From: Balanoglossus misakiensis
Lineage: Eukaryota > Animalia > Hemichordata
Assembly (NCBI GenBank): GCA_040954595.2
Contig: CM082597.2
Location: forward strand, 6,845,849-6,909,848
Direction: 5' to 3'
DNA: 64,000 bases
Below, in pieces: positions 23,416 through 38,496 of the stretch. The notes under the pieces are model-generated. The model did not search any database. It was not told where the DNA came from and saw nothing but the letters and a program-made list of their open reading frames with translations. How positions within the stretch are numbered: position 1 is the first letter of the stretch; each line of letters opens with the position of its first letter. A program made the position numbers and the translations under genes.

Positions 23416-26400
23416 CTGTGGACAGACAGTATCATAATATTGTCATTCCAATTCTGTTTAAGGAGGTACGAGCAGAACATAAACCGGAAACTGCGCGCAC
23501 CCGTCTTTTTCCGATTGATAATCGCTAGAAAACAAACTTCTACTATTGTCATTTTTACGAAATTTCACACAAAGTTCAGTCCAGTAAATATAAATTCATT
23601 CGTCAAATAAAATATAGGGGTCACCGCGCTCTATTTTGAGATAAATTGCGTTAACAAGTTTGCCCATAGACAAACAATTGGTGAAAAATGCTGAGTCAGC
23701 AGTTTTCTTCTATTATCGACAAAATTCATGGCTCTGTATTTCAAAAACAAGCGCGTTGACCCCTATATTTTATCACGGATTTTCATTATACATACAAAGG
23801 AGAATCCAAAAATCAACAATTAAAAAATGACATCCTTAAAGGGACAAAGTCTCTCTCTCTCGCGCTGCCCTTTTTCCATTAATTATGTTTGATACGAGAC
23901 ACCGTTTATGTTATTCTACATACAATACTTGTTTTTTTCACAAAGCACAGAGCGTACAATACTGACCTCTATCATCGGATGAGTTACTGGTATTCACCAC
24001 GGATAATTCAATCTCATCGTCACTAACAGTAGCGACATTCTGATAATTATCTACAAAGAAATATATATCACATGTCTTGATAAGGTAAATTAAATGCAAG
24101 TAATTATTCATCTCATTTCAAACAACAAAAACAATCATAAAATGTAGACAAAGACAAGATATATTTGAATACCCCCTAAGCTACTCCAGAAAATAGTTGT
24201 CTGGCAAGTTTGTCCTTACAATGCAAAGTGGCATGTCAAACAATGTGCTATGGTTTCATACACACATCGAATCTTAGACAATTACTATCCTATATCAGCT
24301 GAGCCATTGTACCCATCATACCATAAGACTTATGTTCCGAATATTTTTAAAACCCCATTAGCTTTAATTACCATTGGCAATATTTTCAGTATTTTTGTTT
24401 TGACGTTTCCTTTTCGATTCCCTAAAGTGTGATGAAATGCCCAATAGTTAGCTACATGTGTATAGATATCACTGTTATTGTTAAAAGTTGATTTCAAATC
24501 CGAACTAGAATTAATTTGTCAAAATAATCATGTAGTTAAACTGATACATAATGTGCGGACAAAGGGCATAGTTGTTATGTCGGCTTGCCAAACTTAGCCA
24601 GTAGAACAAGTAATTTATTTTGTACACAGAAAAAAATTCTGAAAAAATAGCCAACAGTTACAGCCAAGTTCCTTTCATCTCCCCCGTGGAAGCAATACAG
24701 ATTTATTCAAAGTCATTCAGACGTTTCATGAAAGTTATAACCTCACCTTGAGACGCTCTTCTGTATTGATAATTCCCGGAATTATTCATATCCACCGCTT
24801 CCTGGAAGTCAAATATAATTGAAACGGAAATTATACTCTCTGTCCATTTCTGAACACATATTCACATGAAATATGTCACCAAACTATTGTGCAAGTTCTT
24901 GTGCAAAGGATATAATTGATGCGATTGAGAATTTTTTTTTTATAAAGCTCAAAATGACTTAGATGATCACGTGATGAAAATATAGATCATGCATGGAAAT
25001 GACTGTCACGTTTCAGACACGTGCAGAAAACGAGAACAAGTTAAACTATTGTTTTTTTATAATTTACATACACATTCTCATTGTTGAAATGCCACATGCT
25101 CACTTCGCAAACAAACAATCTATCGGGAAGAAAACCTACTTCCCCAAATTTTAATTTTATGATTGTGGATTAATATACCACTGTTATTTTTTTAAAAGAG
25201 AGAAAAAAAGAAAAGAGAGCCACTGTCATATATATCGAGTCATATAAGGAATACACTTCAGACGCAGACTTCTGGTTGTATGAACATCAGTGCGATTTAT
25301 AGAGTACCGCGGTACACCACGTGACAATGCATTGGATATCCATGGGAGAGTTAATAAGTTGTACAGTGCTAGACCCAGATAAATACTCACGAACCAGAAG
25401 CAATATGGCGAATGTGTGAAGCATGCATTTTTATAAAATTGCCAGCTACGCCTGTCAAAATGTAATCAGTTCTTTATTTTAAAAGAAACTAGCTGGTACA
25501 TGGCCACAAATGTGATAGTTTAACCTGACCGGCTCTTCCAGTATAAACTGTTAACCATGGTATCAACACACACATTAAAGTCACCGACTAATTAATTGAT
25601 TACTGTAAACTAACGTGGGATATGGTCATCCAGCTAGACACCTGGTCAGCTGATTGTCCTAATCGGTAACTCAGTCATATAATGCATTCATATTCCTACA
25701 GCGAGTTTGTCAGGTATATTGAAAGACCTTGCACAACATTCATTCCCGTTGTGCGTTTGATTTCTGAGACTCCATAATAAGGTTCATTTTTGTTTGTCAA
25801 CAAAACTTTATGAACACCCAACAATATATCAATTTGTCGAATAACAAAATTAAATTAATAAAATACAGAAATGACACACCAGGAAATTAATTATCAGCAG
25901 GTATCAGCTTCACGGGTGAACTTGTAGAAATCCCGCTTTTCAGTTGTTTAAAGGCCCTGCTCAACAGTGGGTCAAATATTTTGTTTTCAATAAACATTTA
26001 CGTGCTAAAACAAAGGCTTTCTTTTTTGCCTTCATTGTATTGCCCCTGGATCGAGGAAAAGGCATTGAAGTTATATAATAAAGCAATGCAATGCTATCTG
26101 AAAGTAACCATATCTAGACAATCATGATTATGAATATGTTGTTTTTGATTTGTCGATTTACTCACTGTCCTATTCTGCCATGTCACGTGACACTTCTCAT
26201 CGCCTGCCGCAGTTCTTTCAAAGATAGATGGCTGGCGTTGTAAGAAAACACGAAAAATGACATATGTATTTAGGCTTTGAGTTGTAGGACAAACTTGCCG
26301 CACGCCGTACGGCACATCGAACTCTTTTCTAAACATCATGGGGAGGAAAACTGCAACATAACTTGAAAAAAGATCACTAGGAAATGGTTTGCTATAAGAT

Positions 26401-29400
26401 GGGCAAGAAAAATTATCAGATATTTTTGTTTTAGTTATTTCATTATGTCATGTTTCATCAGTTCTTTTGAAGAGAACGACAAGACAAAAATGATTTTTCC
26501 TGAATTGTTGAACTAAAGACAAGATAAACCATAATATCCGTTCTTTTAGATCAGTTGTCACATATTGGGCAGAAGTCTATGTGTAAGATCAGACAATGTC
26601 TACATATAGGCTTATGCCATCACCAATGAAGTTGTGTTTTTTTCAAGAGTTTGTTCGATGCCACGCCATTCTAGAGTAATTGCATTTTACACAATTCGTT
26701 TAAAAGTTAACGTTAGCTGGCTCATAATCGATCAGTTTGAAATACATGTACGTTTGGTCATGTGGTAAATGACAGTAAATGTATGCTCAGTGAAAGACAG
26801 TATGCTTGTGGTGATGCAAGATGAACACAACAGCTTGACTCATAGGCAATACATACAAAGCGGTCAATATGGCACCCTCAACGACAAAGCCGAGCGCAGT
26901 AAACCTGGCAACCTGACCATGCTACTTTTCAAGGGCAATAACTGTAATCTTTGGTTAAATATTCAGTATTTTTTGATAAATCTACTTCAGTGCCTTGTTC
27001 GAATTCAATAATTATAATAATAACTCCCAGTACATGTAATTAGATTATCAACGCAGCCAATATGAGTATAAAGAACTTTTATCGTGGAAAATTTAGTCCG
27101 GACAAAATCCATTGTTGGCAACATGCTTATTAGAAACCGTGTCCACAATAACAATGGTCGCTACACGTTTCCCGGCTATGTCGACGAGTAGAGTATACTG
27201 AGCAATCGAAAGTTACAGTCCAGATTTACTGATCACGTGAGAAGCAGTGACCAACGGAAGTTTAATATGTGCACACTTCATGCTTTGGTTAGTATAGGAA
27301 ATACTGTCTAGACATGTAACATAATTATATTAATGTATGATCGATCATCACTGAATGAAATCAATTAATGACCTTGCAGGCGGTAGAGTCTGCTGTGATA
27401 TCTGGCATAATGTCAGAATATGTATCTCAAATGGTGTTGGACTGCAACACAAAACATCCCTGGTAAAACCACGAGCTACAGAACTGCAGCGATACATTCA
27501 CAGATTCTGCCTGATCTGTCCACAGACAGTGCTACCTCTAGGGCAAATCTATAGATCCAGTCTGATGTGCCCCAGGGCAGCTAGAGGTCAGTACCGCCCT
27601 GAGGATAGATCTATAGCTCAGTCACATTTCAAATATTGTGTCTGATCTGCCCACGGGGCTTCTATATGACAGTGCTGCCGGGAGGAGAGTTACATAGGTT
27701 TCAATAACCCAGCAAAGTTAAGACGGCGTCTGCAGCTGATTTTAATTAATTGAGGCGGAACATATTTAGTGCAACTACAGACAGGCTTAGATTTCTTCTA
27801 ACCAACTATGAGCGTGTTTCAGAGATCAGAACATTATACAAACCCATTAACACGAAATAATGGCAGATTGGTCCATCAAGAACTCAAAAAGCACAATAGT
27901 CACTCTGACCATACGCATACGATATAACGGTAGACCCCCTCAGACGACCCGGAGAAAACGTTACTTACGTCCCGTAGATCATACGACAGTTGAAGATTTT
28001 CTTCAAAATCTGCACTGAATTCTTGATATATCGAGAAGATGATATTCAAATCGTCACGTGATATCATATGTAAATCACAGTACGTCAGAGCTTTGACGTC
28101 AGCTTTCGATCGGCCAGGGGTGACAAATCGGCAAATGTTTTCTCCGAAAATATCATTGTTTCCTTCAAAGAGAAATGATAGAATGGAATAAGTAATAACC
28201 AAACTAATATTGTTTGCGTCAAGGAACACCGTTGTTATAAAATATTTATCGACACATGACTATCATGTACTGTTCGTCATTATTTGTAGATATATGTAGA
28301 CGTAAGTATATGGCAATGGTTGATGCTGGTTAGTCCCATTATCGTCAACCTAACTTTGAATTGATTTCAATGAAAATGTACAAAATATGCGGATAGGATA
28401 CGCAGGAGGGTAACTTTGAAAGTATAATACATGCTTTATGTTTTATTGCCGGTCACATGATTAAGCAAATCATGGAGAAGCTATGTTCCCTCATAGAACC
28501 GACGACAATTGTAAGACTGAACGTTTTTTCCTTCAGGAGTAATGGACATTTTTCCATCATCAGTTTGAGGACAGATTTTAAAATACTAGTAGTATCATGA
28601 ATTTTAAACCAGTTTATACACAATTGGCCGGGCGCCATTTACCACACATTTTGAATTCCATGTCATATACGACAGTCTGTTGTATATATAATCATTTTAT
28701 TCATCAGGTTATGATGTAAATCCCAGCTTGGTAGAAAACCTAAAATCTTCAAATTACCTAAGATCACAGTGTCGCCATCTGCATCCAAGACTTCTATTGA
28801 TCCACGAGCAATGAAGTAAAGAGAGTTCAAAGCATCCCCGCGATGAACGATGATATCACTTGGAGCCGTATGAGTGGTCTTGAACTTTGTGGACATCAAT
28901 CGACGACAGCCCTCTGACGCATCTTTGAACACTTCGCAGCTGTCGAGTAACTTCCTGTTCAGGTGGACGCAGACATCAGCTTGCAAGTAGTCAGGGAATT
29001 CTAGCATCACCTAGGAGTAGAATTTAATGAATATATTATGAAGGGCGTTACCAGAATTTTGACAAATGCAGAGAAATACAGTCTGGATCCAACGTGGTAG
29101 CATCGAAACGAGAACAGCAAAAACCTAATGAACTTTATTGTTGGCCAGTCACACAAGAGCGGGTGAAAACTAACGATCTACCGCATTTTCCGTCAATGAC
29201 CACTTAGATTCGGTGAGACTGCCATGAGTACAGGCATAAAGGATGTTTCAGCATTCTTTTTGTGAAATTTTAACGTAAAACCTTATTCCTGAAGTATTTC
29301 AATGTATTTTCTCCACCCCTGAGACTTATTAAGGGATACATGTAGCAGTGATATGAGATGGTCATCAAATTCTAAAATGAAGAACTTGTTGAAAGTGCAC

Positions 29401-32400
29401 GGTCGCCTATCCAAATTTAGCAACAGTTATCACGCAAAGTTTATATCTAGCCAATCATGTTTTTCTTGGGATGGCCACGCGAAAAAAACTGCGCTACCGT
29501 GACCAATTCAAACGGTCATTCGAAGACATACATGCCCTTTGTACCAAATACGTCCATATGCAAATAAAGGGTGATTGTATACTTTTTAATTTATTTATTT
29601 ATCGTTGGGTAGGGGCCCATTTGGTTCAACGCAGTTTCTGCTTAGCAAGAAGAATATAAGCTGATAGTGGGATGAGCGGTTATAAATAAACATATACGAT
29701 CATGGGAAGATTATTCCGATAATAATCGTCGCTCGCCCTCTGCAAGATATTAACCAACACATTTTAATAAAATTGTAAACACACGGCATACCTCGTTGAT
29801 GTCCATTCCGTTGGTGAAAGACCACGAGTGCTTATAGTAATCCTGTAGTTTATGGTTGAGGGGAGACGGGATCTGATGAAATTTGATGAATTCTTTCAAC
29901 AGCTGCATTTGTTGGTGAAACTTGGTCATTCCCGAATACAGACGTTCTATTATAGCTGTGACGTTACCAAACACGCATGCGTACATCAGTGCTGAAAATA
30001 AACACGGGAATATGTCACTGAAGTGAAAGAGAGTTCTGTAATATGGTGGACATTTAAGGTGGTACTGGAGTTTATATGGCGGTTTTGTCCAAAATCCGAA
30101 CCGTGAAACAAGTTGGTTTGTCTTATGCTAACACTAATTATAAGAAACATGTCTTGATAAAAACATGACCTGTCGAAAAACCATTCTTTCCAACATATAT
30201 TTTTTTCTTTCCTTCAACAGTTTGTTCAGATGACGTGGGTTCGGTGACACTTGCTTGGTGATCGGCATATGTACACAGATTCACTCACTTTGCCAAATGA
30301 TGAACACGTTTGCTGTGATTGAAGGACTAGAACAGCGAATCGAACGATTTATCAAATCGTTTTTAGACATACCATAGTATTACGATATTCATAACAAAAA
30401 AGTAAGAAAGACTGTGTAAATATTCCAATATCTTACCTCCGAGAAGCATTGCACATATACAGAATACCTTCTCCCCGTCCGTATTTGCAGCTACATTTCC
30501 AAATCCTACCGTAGTAACAGTTGTCAGGGTGAAATATAACGCAGTTATATACTTTGATTTCATCGACGGTCCACTGTCTGTCATATTAGTGACGTATGGT
30601 TGCATCAGGTCCTCGCTCAGTTGATCCAACCAACTGATTGGTGCATGCAAATTCCCTCTCTCGTATTTGCCAATGGCGTAGAAGATGCACGCCATCCAGT
30701 GGGCAATCAGGGCGAATGTGCACATCAAGAGAATCAAGACAGCCGGTGCATACTGCGAATAACGGTCAACCTTGCGAGCCACGCGAACCATACGTAGTAA
30801 CCTGGCTGTCTTTAATAATCCCAGGGCTTTAGTAGTGGTCTGTAAAATAAATACTCCAGATTATCATGTGGAACTAAAATGAGATCTTGTCAAGACACGA
30901 TCACCCATCATACTAGTACAGGATTTAAGCAATAAAACACCAGCGGGAAATGATTTAATCCAAGCTGAAATGATTCCCGCCTTTAATGAAAGAACGTCTC
31001 ACAAAATTGCTAGACATCCCCGGCCTGCTTGGTGGAGAGGCGCGTTTGTTTGAAGCAACACAAAGTGCGCGTGTCGTCAGCATCCACTGTCCGGATGTAA
31101 ATACTAGTATAACGTGGTTGTATGAAGAACACTAACGTATTGTTTGGTGAAATGGCAAGGGGCGTTTATCCTCCCACACCCGGCCCCCGTCTCACGTCAG
31201 ACAAATGCAGACAGTCCCGCAATACATGTACACGGCCAGTCAGTCATGCAGTCAGTCAGTCCACAATCGACATGCAACAACAGGTCAGAGTGGCGAATGA
31301 ACTCCCCCACGTGAATTCCGAGAGCGTGTCTTTATATACCAGTGAACACCTGGTTTGAATAATATTATAATGGCCACGTTCACCTGTGTTTTTGTGTGTG
31401 GTGAAATATATTAAAACACACGCCCAGCGACGTGCAAAATAAATTGTGAACCTCTGGAACCAAGCTCTTCTGCTTCTCTCTCGACCATGCGTTCAAAATT
31501 AAACTAGGAGTGACGTACTACTCGTAAAACCACTTTTCTTTGACTATGTCCGGGTATGAAAATTTATGTGGTCGAGTGATCACGAACTCCAGGTACTGTC
31601 ATTTTGATAAGGTATTTTTTGCAGGATGTTGTGGTTTATTTTAAATTTTGCCGACGTTTTGTGCATCGCACCTGCTTGGTTGTAAAATTTGAATATCATT
31701 AAAGGGACAAAGTCTCTCTCTCGCTACCCTTTTACATTAATTATGTTTGATACAAGACACTGTTTATGTTAATGTACATGTGTATATGTAGTGAATGAAC
31801 GTTCAACCACACACAACCTCCATCCCGTTTGTAGGATATGAGAGTAAAAACATGCCCAAAATGAATGAATGGTAGAGGTGGAAGGTGTGTGTGGTAGAAC
31901 ATTGATTGACTATATATCCACACGTAGAATAACATAAATGGTGTCTTGTATCAAATATAGTTAATGAAAACAGGCAGCGAGAGAGAGAGAGTCCCTTTAA
32001 ATATTTGCAAGACATCAAGCGTCTCTGCACAGAAGTTCACTCACCTCGTCCTGTTCAATCCACAGCTGTATGAGGTCAAAGGGTATGGCTGCAATGGCGT
32101 CAATGATGAACCAACTTTTGAGATAGTGTAGGGCGATTTTCTTGGAGGCTGAAATAACCTGTTGACAAAAATACCACAAGGATAATGTTTATCTGTCCTG
32201 ATATAATTTGATTGCAATTGATCAAAACAATTATGGGGGTCACACACACACACACACACACACCAATAAGACGGTTCTGAAGCGTTTCAGATCAGATACC
32301 GTCTTTAAAAAAATGTGTGGACGGTGTATAGTGGTTCTGAAACGGCTTAGATTTGAGACGACTTTGCCAGCCAGACCTGAGCCGGTGTAAGGATTAACAC

Positions 32401-35400
32401 CTCTCCATAAAATAATAATTTTAATCCGATCAGCTGGCGGGTCTGAAGATACCGTTTGTAATGCCGACCAGTGGTGCAACATCTTACTAACGTTGTGAAT
32501 ATTCGTGGCTATGTGTCAAGATTTCTCCGACAGTTTTATCAATTGTCTGTGGCTTTCATTTCTGTACTGCTTTATACACGACGGGCTTATCATTTTCCCA
32601 GATTTACGCATAATTTGAAGGAAAAACACAATAAGAAGCCACTGAGGGAATTGGCCTCAATGAAAGGTGTGTGTGTGTGGGGGGGGGGGGGTTACTGGCA
32701 ACGGACAGCATGCACCAAATTGACCCGGGCAGGTCATATGATCAACTAACTTAGTAGGCCTCTGGTCGAGTCAGTATGCACTGACCTGGTCTGTGTGTGT
32801 TGTCACCTATGAAAATTTAGCCACAGTAACCATGGCAAACTGAGATCAATCGCAGATTTTCAGTGGGTGGCTCACGCGAAAAAAGAGCGCCACCATATGT
32901 TCTTCAGAACGTTCAAATACGCCATTTCAGCCATATATAGGCGTATGTAAATTGAAGGTGACCGTATACCTTTAACACACCGTGACAATGCACAGGCAGT
33001 TATGTGACTGTACAGACGAAGCGTCACCACAGCGTCTATCTTTCAGCGGAACCTCAAAATAAACCATTAATACAATACACAAAATCAATACTTTAACGTG
33101 GTGGTTGTATCGATTATACCAGGCACCAGATCATGCCATGTTGACTAGAATAGACTCAACTTACGTCATGAACACAACAAACCGGTTATTGTCGAGCAAA
33201 AACTGACGCCGACCGCTGTACGTTTAAAACAAGGACAAGTGTGACCAGAAACAGTACAAACTACCAGTGCCATAACCCAAACCTAATGTAGTTCATACTA
33301 AATAAAGTCTATGTACAGATGTATGGTTCCTGCTTATTCTTTACTATCAATCACGTGATCTGGCCATGTCATGTGACCCACGGCGTTGTCATTTCCAGGT
33401 GACGGGCAAGCAATATTTCGGCATCCAGTAAAAGTTTTTCCGAGTATGTTTTTACTTTAAAACCGCTAGACATGTAACATGTCTCATGTATGGTGCCTTA
33501 TCAGCCTCGTGGCGTTTCGTCTGTACTGTCTTTGTCTGCACCACGTTGCTGAAGTTGCCCGTCATCTGGAAATTTGAATGCCAACGTAACTGTTGGTTTT
33601 CTACACAAGAGGGGCTGTGTCTATTCAACTTCGTCGCTTGTATAACTTGTTTATATCTCGATCCAGGTAAGCGGAGAAATCAAGCTAATTACCATATGCA
33701 CAGAATTGACACTTGTATAAATCGATAATCCCATTAAATAATAAGCATTTACACCATTGTACCTTAATTATTGACACCACTCAACATTTCACACTTGCTA
33801 TTTTTGTACAAGTACTACTGTCAAATTATTTGAAGTGTTTTTCATATATTTTAACCATTCTTGTTAGTGAAGAAATGATACACATATTTATTTACTGTAC
33901 CACGTTGACTAACTATTGTCAATAGAGCGTTGTGTATACATATTGTGTAAACAGTTGGATGACGTCATTTATGGTGCATACTAAACATTATCGCTAGACT
34001 GGATGCAGAAATCTGACCATTGATTCTGGGTGATAAAATATGAATGCTTTCGTAACATGAGCCATCTTTTTGTTTATTGGCCACTATTTTCATGTTAGCT
34101 AAACTTCGATACTGGAAATCGTGCGACAGAATTCACTAGGTACGGGCAGGTGGACACTTGTCCTGAAACAATGCGATCATCATCCCCGAGGGAAATACGT
34201 CTTTGGTCAGGCTACGATATTAGCGGTCTTTTTCAAGGCTATACATAATCTTATATCGTTCCGTTTTTTTGTCCAGTTTAATTACACATACAATGAAAAC
34301 GAGAATGGCGTATGCGATTTTGTTTAGTCACACGGAAAACGACATTTTGTTGAGCAAAATTCTTGATTTAATATATCCATTAGCTCTGCACTGGTATTAC
34401 TGTTAGAGTCTGTCGCTTGTCTATGTTTGTGGGGAATCTGCACTCGGTGGGTATACTCGGGTACCACGACACTACCTCATGATGCTTCTCTAAGTTGGAG
34501 AGTTTCGTCATGAGGTAGGAGGGGCTACATGTATGCCGCCCGCTTGTCATAACTACATTCGCTAATTATTTTCAACGCCATATCTGGTCTCCAGCGTCAA
34601 CCTTAAGCATAAATTGTGATTTCATATATCCCTTGACTCTGTACTGGTATTACTGTTAGAGTATGGCTGTGGTACATTTTGATTAGTTTGGAAGCGGTGT
34701 TCTAGGAAATTGACAGCTGCAATGTTGACTTCCTATGTAATTTTGTGTCAACAAACACTACAATATGTCATTGTTGATTTCATAATTTCTGTTAGAATGC
34801 CAATTGCAGCAGAGTTGGAAATTGACAGGGACAGTAGCTGTTACTTTTGATAATTCTTGGAACACCCGATATTGTCACTGAAACTATTTAAAACTCCCCA
34901 GACTATTCCGGTGTTATTTTAAGTCCAGCTAATTCATGTTAAAGCCTCTAATTTATTCACTACGCATGCAATATATGGCCGCTAAATGCATGGCGTTTCA
35001 GTTCACAAATTGACGTAGAAAGAAGCGCCAACCATACACAGAGCTTTGATGCGTTGTAAATAGAACTACTTCACAAAGGTCGATTTTATTGCTCGTTACG
35101 GCAGGGCTTTAGTGATAATAATCCCTCCCTTGCACTATTGTTTGGCGATTAGTCATCTTTGGTTAACGCCGATGATTTTTTATTCAAGAAATATGAAAGA
35201 AGGGTTTAGTTTCGACTTGTATTCCTAAAAGGAAGGCGTGTAAACGGAACAGCGATGCAGGTGACTGTTCGATACACAAAAGATATGTTGTAGACGACAA
35301 CGGAAATATTCTCTTCAATTTATGCTATGAAAATCTATAACTGGGCACATTAGTGATTCTTTTGTAAGCTTTCACTGACACGCATGCGTAATAAAGCGGC

Positions 35401-37079
35401 AGGGAAATGGGAAAATGTGTTTAAAAATTAATACTGAGTGTTTTGATGCAGAATTGAGGATGTAGTGGCATGTTATTGGAATCTCGTTTTTATTTGCTGC
35501 ACAAATTTGTCGGCAACTTTCTGTGCTATTCACTCAATGCAATAATATACTTCCCGTTCTATGTTGTTGTTTTCCATTTTATATTTTCTGCATTTTTATT
35601 GACAAGTATACTATTTAGACATCTGGTCAGTTTTAACTATTACTTGTATGTTAGATGTCACATATGGATGTGGTTGTTTTGTTTAAAGTCGGTCTACAAA
35701 CACCATTTATTATACAAGTCGGTCGTTAGGCCGAAATAAAAAAATATATGCTGTTCCGATTACCCGACCTATCCTAATTTTAACCCGCCGATCCTAAACT
35801 TTTTAGAGATTCGTAAACCGGAAGTAAAAATAACGATGTCAAATATACAACATTTATGAAAATTGCGAGAATCACGCAAGAGCTATGACGCCATTCAAAA
35901 TTTCTACACTACGGCGGCCAAAGATAAAAAAAAAAAAAATCCCTACCCTATTTTTGAAAACCATGTAATCGAAACAGCACATATTAGTTTTTGGCCTTAT
36001 CATTTCATCTTTGCAGCAATATAACTGTTCTATAGATGTAGTTTCAGGCACTCATGGCATGCGTCGAACCTTAGTGTCATTCTGTAAAATATCTGAATGG
36101 CTGAGCTTATTGTGTGGCGACTGTTTTTTCTCACAACCGAGTGATAATCACATCTACACTTAACAAAAGAACTACAAGTGTACTAAAAACAATCGCGGTG
36201 AATAACATCTTTGTGGAAGTTGGACTTGAATAATGGCGGTAATTAGAAAAAATCAATAGTTGATCTCATTAAGAGTTGTAAACACAGCGTCTGAACGAAC
36301 AGTTAAGCTGTGACCTGTACGGCCGTATAGATTAGTCGAACACATTGTGCAGTCGACATGAGCCTGTGTTGACATCCGGCACGACATTACAATGCACAAA
36401 ACACTGGCATTTAAAGCAAAATGTAATCCACGCTTGAGTGAATTTTTTCAACTCAAGTTTAGTTTCGGCAATGATTCTTGGAATGATGACCAGATAGTGT
36501 TTAATCGGGGGTCGGTCCACTTTCAAGTGAGCACGCGATAAGTGGAAAGACACGCCGAGCTTATAGAATCAATTCTATTCGTACAAAGTGGGATTAGAGA
36601 CACACTTGACAAACGTATTGCCATATCGACTTCTATATATATTTAAAGCTACAATATCCACCGGATAAGTTTTAAAACTGTGAACATTGACTGAAATTAC
36701 ACGGAGGAAAGTTAACATGGCTTACCTCTCCTAAATTCTGGTCCACGTAGGTTGTTCTAAAGTTGATGACGATATCGAAGAGGAACATGATGTCGACCAA
36801 TAGATCGACGACCACAGTGGGATTCTTGTAACTTTGCGAGCCTTGCTCACCACTGCGGAGCATAAAGGCAGCTGAATATGGCGTCAAGATTGCCGTGTAT
36901 ATGACGAGGAGAAGAACCAGCCAGTCCCAGCATGCTTTGAACGGCGAGTAGTGGAGAATAGTGAAGCGTGGAATCTTTTTGCTGGATCGCGTTTTGTCCG
37001 AAGGGTCGCCGGTCAAGTCCTCCTGTTCCAAATTAAGATGTTTCAAACAATAATGACAACACCGCCATAACTTATCCAT
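22820..37079 (-). CDS. KCNH2-like: ERG-type voltage-gated K+ channel (KCNH2/6/7-like), 10 coding exons, about 772 aa, no PAS domain evident
   Basis: Exons 37079-36726, 32158-32045, 30839-30437, 29991-29792, 29010-28758, 28162-27969, 26231-26166, 24801-24747, 24050-23967, 23415-22820 are all AG/GT bounded and phase compatible (2319 nt). Motifs: [58 protein letters not shown] and C-terminal coiled coil. The three small exons are less certain. Confidence 0.9.
23462..23921. mobile_element. Two back-to-back TTAA-type MITEs (23462-23835 and a partial AGGGACAAAGT copy from 23840)
   Basis: TTAA|GG...CC|TTAA|AGGGACAAAGT; internal inverted repeat AAATATAGGGGTCA..GCGC / GCGC..TGACCCCTATATTT. Confidence 0.55.
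27969..28162 (-). CDS. ERG exon: distal cyclic-nucleotide-binding homology domain
   Basis: [40 protein letters not shown], then GTAAGT donor. Confidence 0.92.
28758..29010 (-). CDS. ERG exon: C-linker/CNBHD
   Basis: [46 protein letters not shown]. Confidence 0.92.
29792..29991 (-). CDS. ERG exon: S6 and C-linker
   Basis: [42 protein letters not shown]. Confidence 0.92.
30437..30839 (-). CDS. ERG exon: S4, S5 and pore
   Basis: [54 protein letters not shown]. Confidence 0.93.
31703..31996. mobile_element. Palindromic TTAA MITE (AGGGAC family)
   Basis: TTAA flanks; the two arms are reverse complements of each other. Confidence 0.8.
32045..32158 (-). CDS. ERG exon: S2-S3 linker and S3
   Basis: [30 protein letters not shown]; not in the ORF track; AG/GTGAGT bounded. 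Confidence 0.88.
33336..33592 (-). repeat. Inverted copy of the 19832-20066 repeat
   Basis: Reverse-complement similarity. Confidence 0.75.
35729..35996. mobile_element. PIF/Harbinger-like MITE (TTA TSD), same family as 21727
   Basis: TTA|GGCCGAAA..GCTGTTCCGATTAC...CAGCACATATT..TTGGCC|TTA. Confidence 0.8.
36726..37079 (-). CDS. ERG first coding exon (short N-terminus, S1-S2)
   Basis: CCACCATGG Kozak context; [54 protein letters not shown]. Confidence 0.9.
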
Positions 37080-38264
37080 GGTGGAGCTTTAAAATGTTAT
37101 CATGAAGCAGCAGTTTAGAATACATCCATCCATGTATAGCCGAAGGTTCGGGTCGCTCGATAGCTTTTATTGAATTACCACAACGAAGTCTCGTTCATTC
37201 TTCCTTTATCTCGTGAGATTTTTCTATTAATGATATCTATTTTTATTCATAACTGGTAAATTAATGAAGGATGGACGAGGTCTTAGTACGAATGCATATC
37301 AGCTGTCAGTCAAAATTAAGGGCAGATGTTAATTAAAGACAACCGAAAGTTTCATCTGCCGTGTCTTCTGTGTGTAGTTCAAACGTTTCCTGCGACTTTT
37401 AAGAACTCAAATTGTGTCTGCCATAATGTCGTATTTTAGTTTTGTAGCGATTTCATCTTTAAAAAAGATTGCTTTTTTATTTTTTTAGTGAAGTACAACT
37501 GAATACATGTAAAGAGATCAATAATTTTCCCAGTAGAAACTTAATAAGTAAAATGGTTTCGAAATGAAACAGAGGAAAATAGTGACCGTTGAATTTTCTG
37601 CTTCATTTTCAACATAGCTAATATCTGCATAATGTCCAGTGTTTTTGTTGACATCGTGAATACAAGTGCGGACCTAAATTCCTGTTTCAACAATACCCGG
37701 GGCCAACCCTGATTGTACAGATGTGGTTTGTGTCTAATACAAACAGGGTACGAGACATGTCAATATACTTTAGGGAGTTGTTTCACATTCCGAATAAAAA
37801 TTCAAGTCTTTGAGAGAGATTTGTCGAGAAATAGCAGTAGTTATGATTTGTTCGCCTTTGGTGAACTAAAGTTTGCCATGATTGGTTGCAATCGTCCAAT
37901 CAACAATGTCAACTTATCAGGGTTTTTTCTTTTTCGATCAAATACGTATCTAACAAGGGATTTCTGATTATTTATCGAGGGAGACGCGTGAGAGGCATTT
38001 GAAGGTAAGACCTGTAGAATGATCACGTGACATTAAAAAAGACCACTTACGAACACAGGAAAGGCGGCTACATCCGGTTCATTAGAAGCACAGGTGTCAT
38101 GGAAACAGTCCCTGATGTACTGAAGAGTGTTGCCCATGTTTGTTGGATGGAATCTGCTGAACAAATCAGATTGAAAGGGCGGTCATCGTTAGAATCGCGC
38201 ATGAGCAACTTTTCTGGTTACAGGCAACATTTGGTCATTCACAAACATATGCGATATGCATTAC

Positions 38265-38496
38265 AGGGACAAAGTCTCTCTCTCGCAACCCTTTTCCCAT
38301 TAATTATGTTTGATACAAGACACCGTTTTTGTTAATGTACATGTGGATATATAGTGAATCAACGTTCGACCACACACAACTTCCACCTTGCTTGTAAGAT
38401 ATGAGAGTAAAAATCTCGCCAAAATGAATAATCAGTCTTTACCATTTATTCATTTTGGCGAGATTTTTACTCTCATATCCCACAAACTTTGTCCCT
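38265..38496. mobile_element. AGGGACAAAGT-family MITE
   Basis: AGGGACAAAGT...ACTTTGTCCCT|TTAA. Confidence 0.75.
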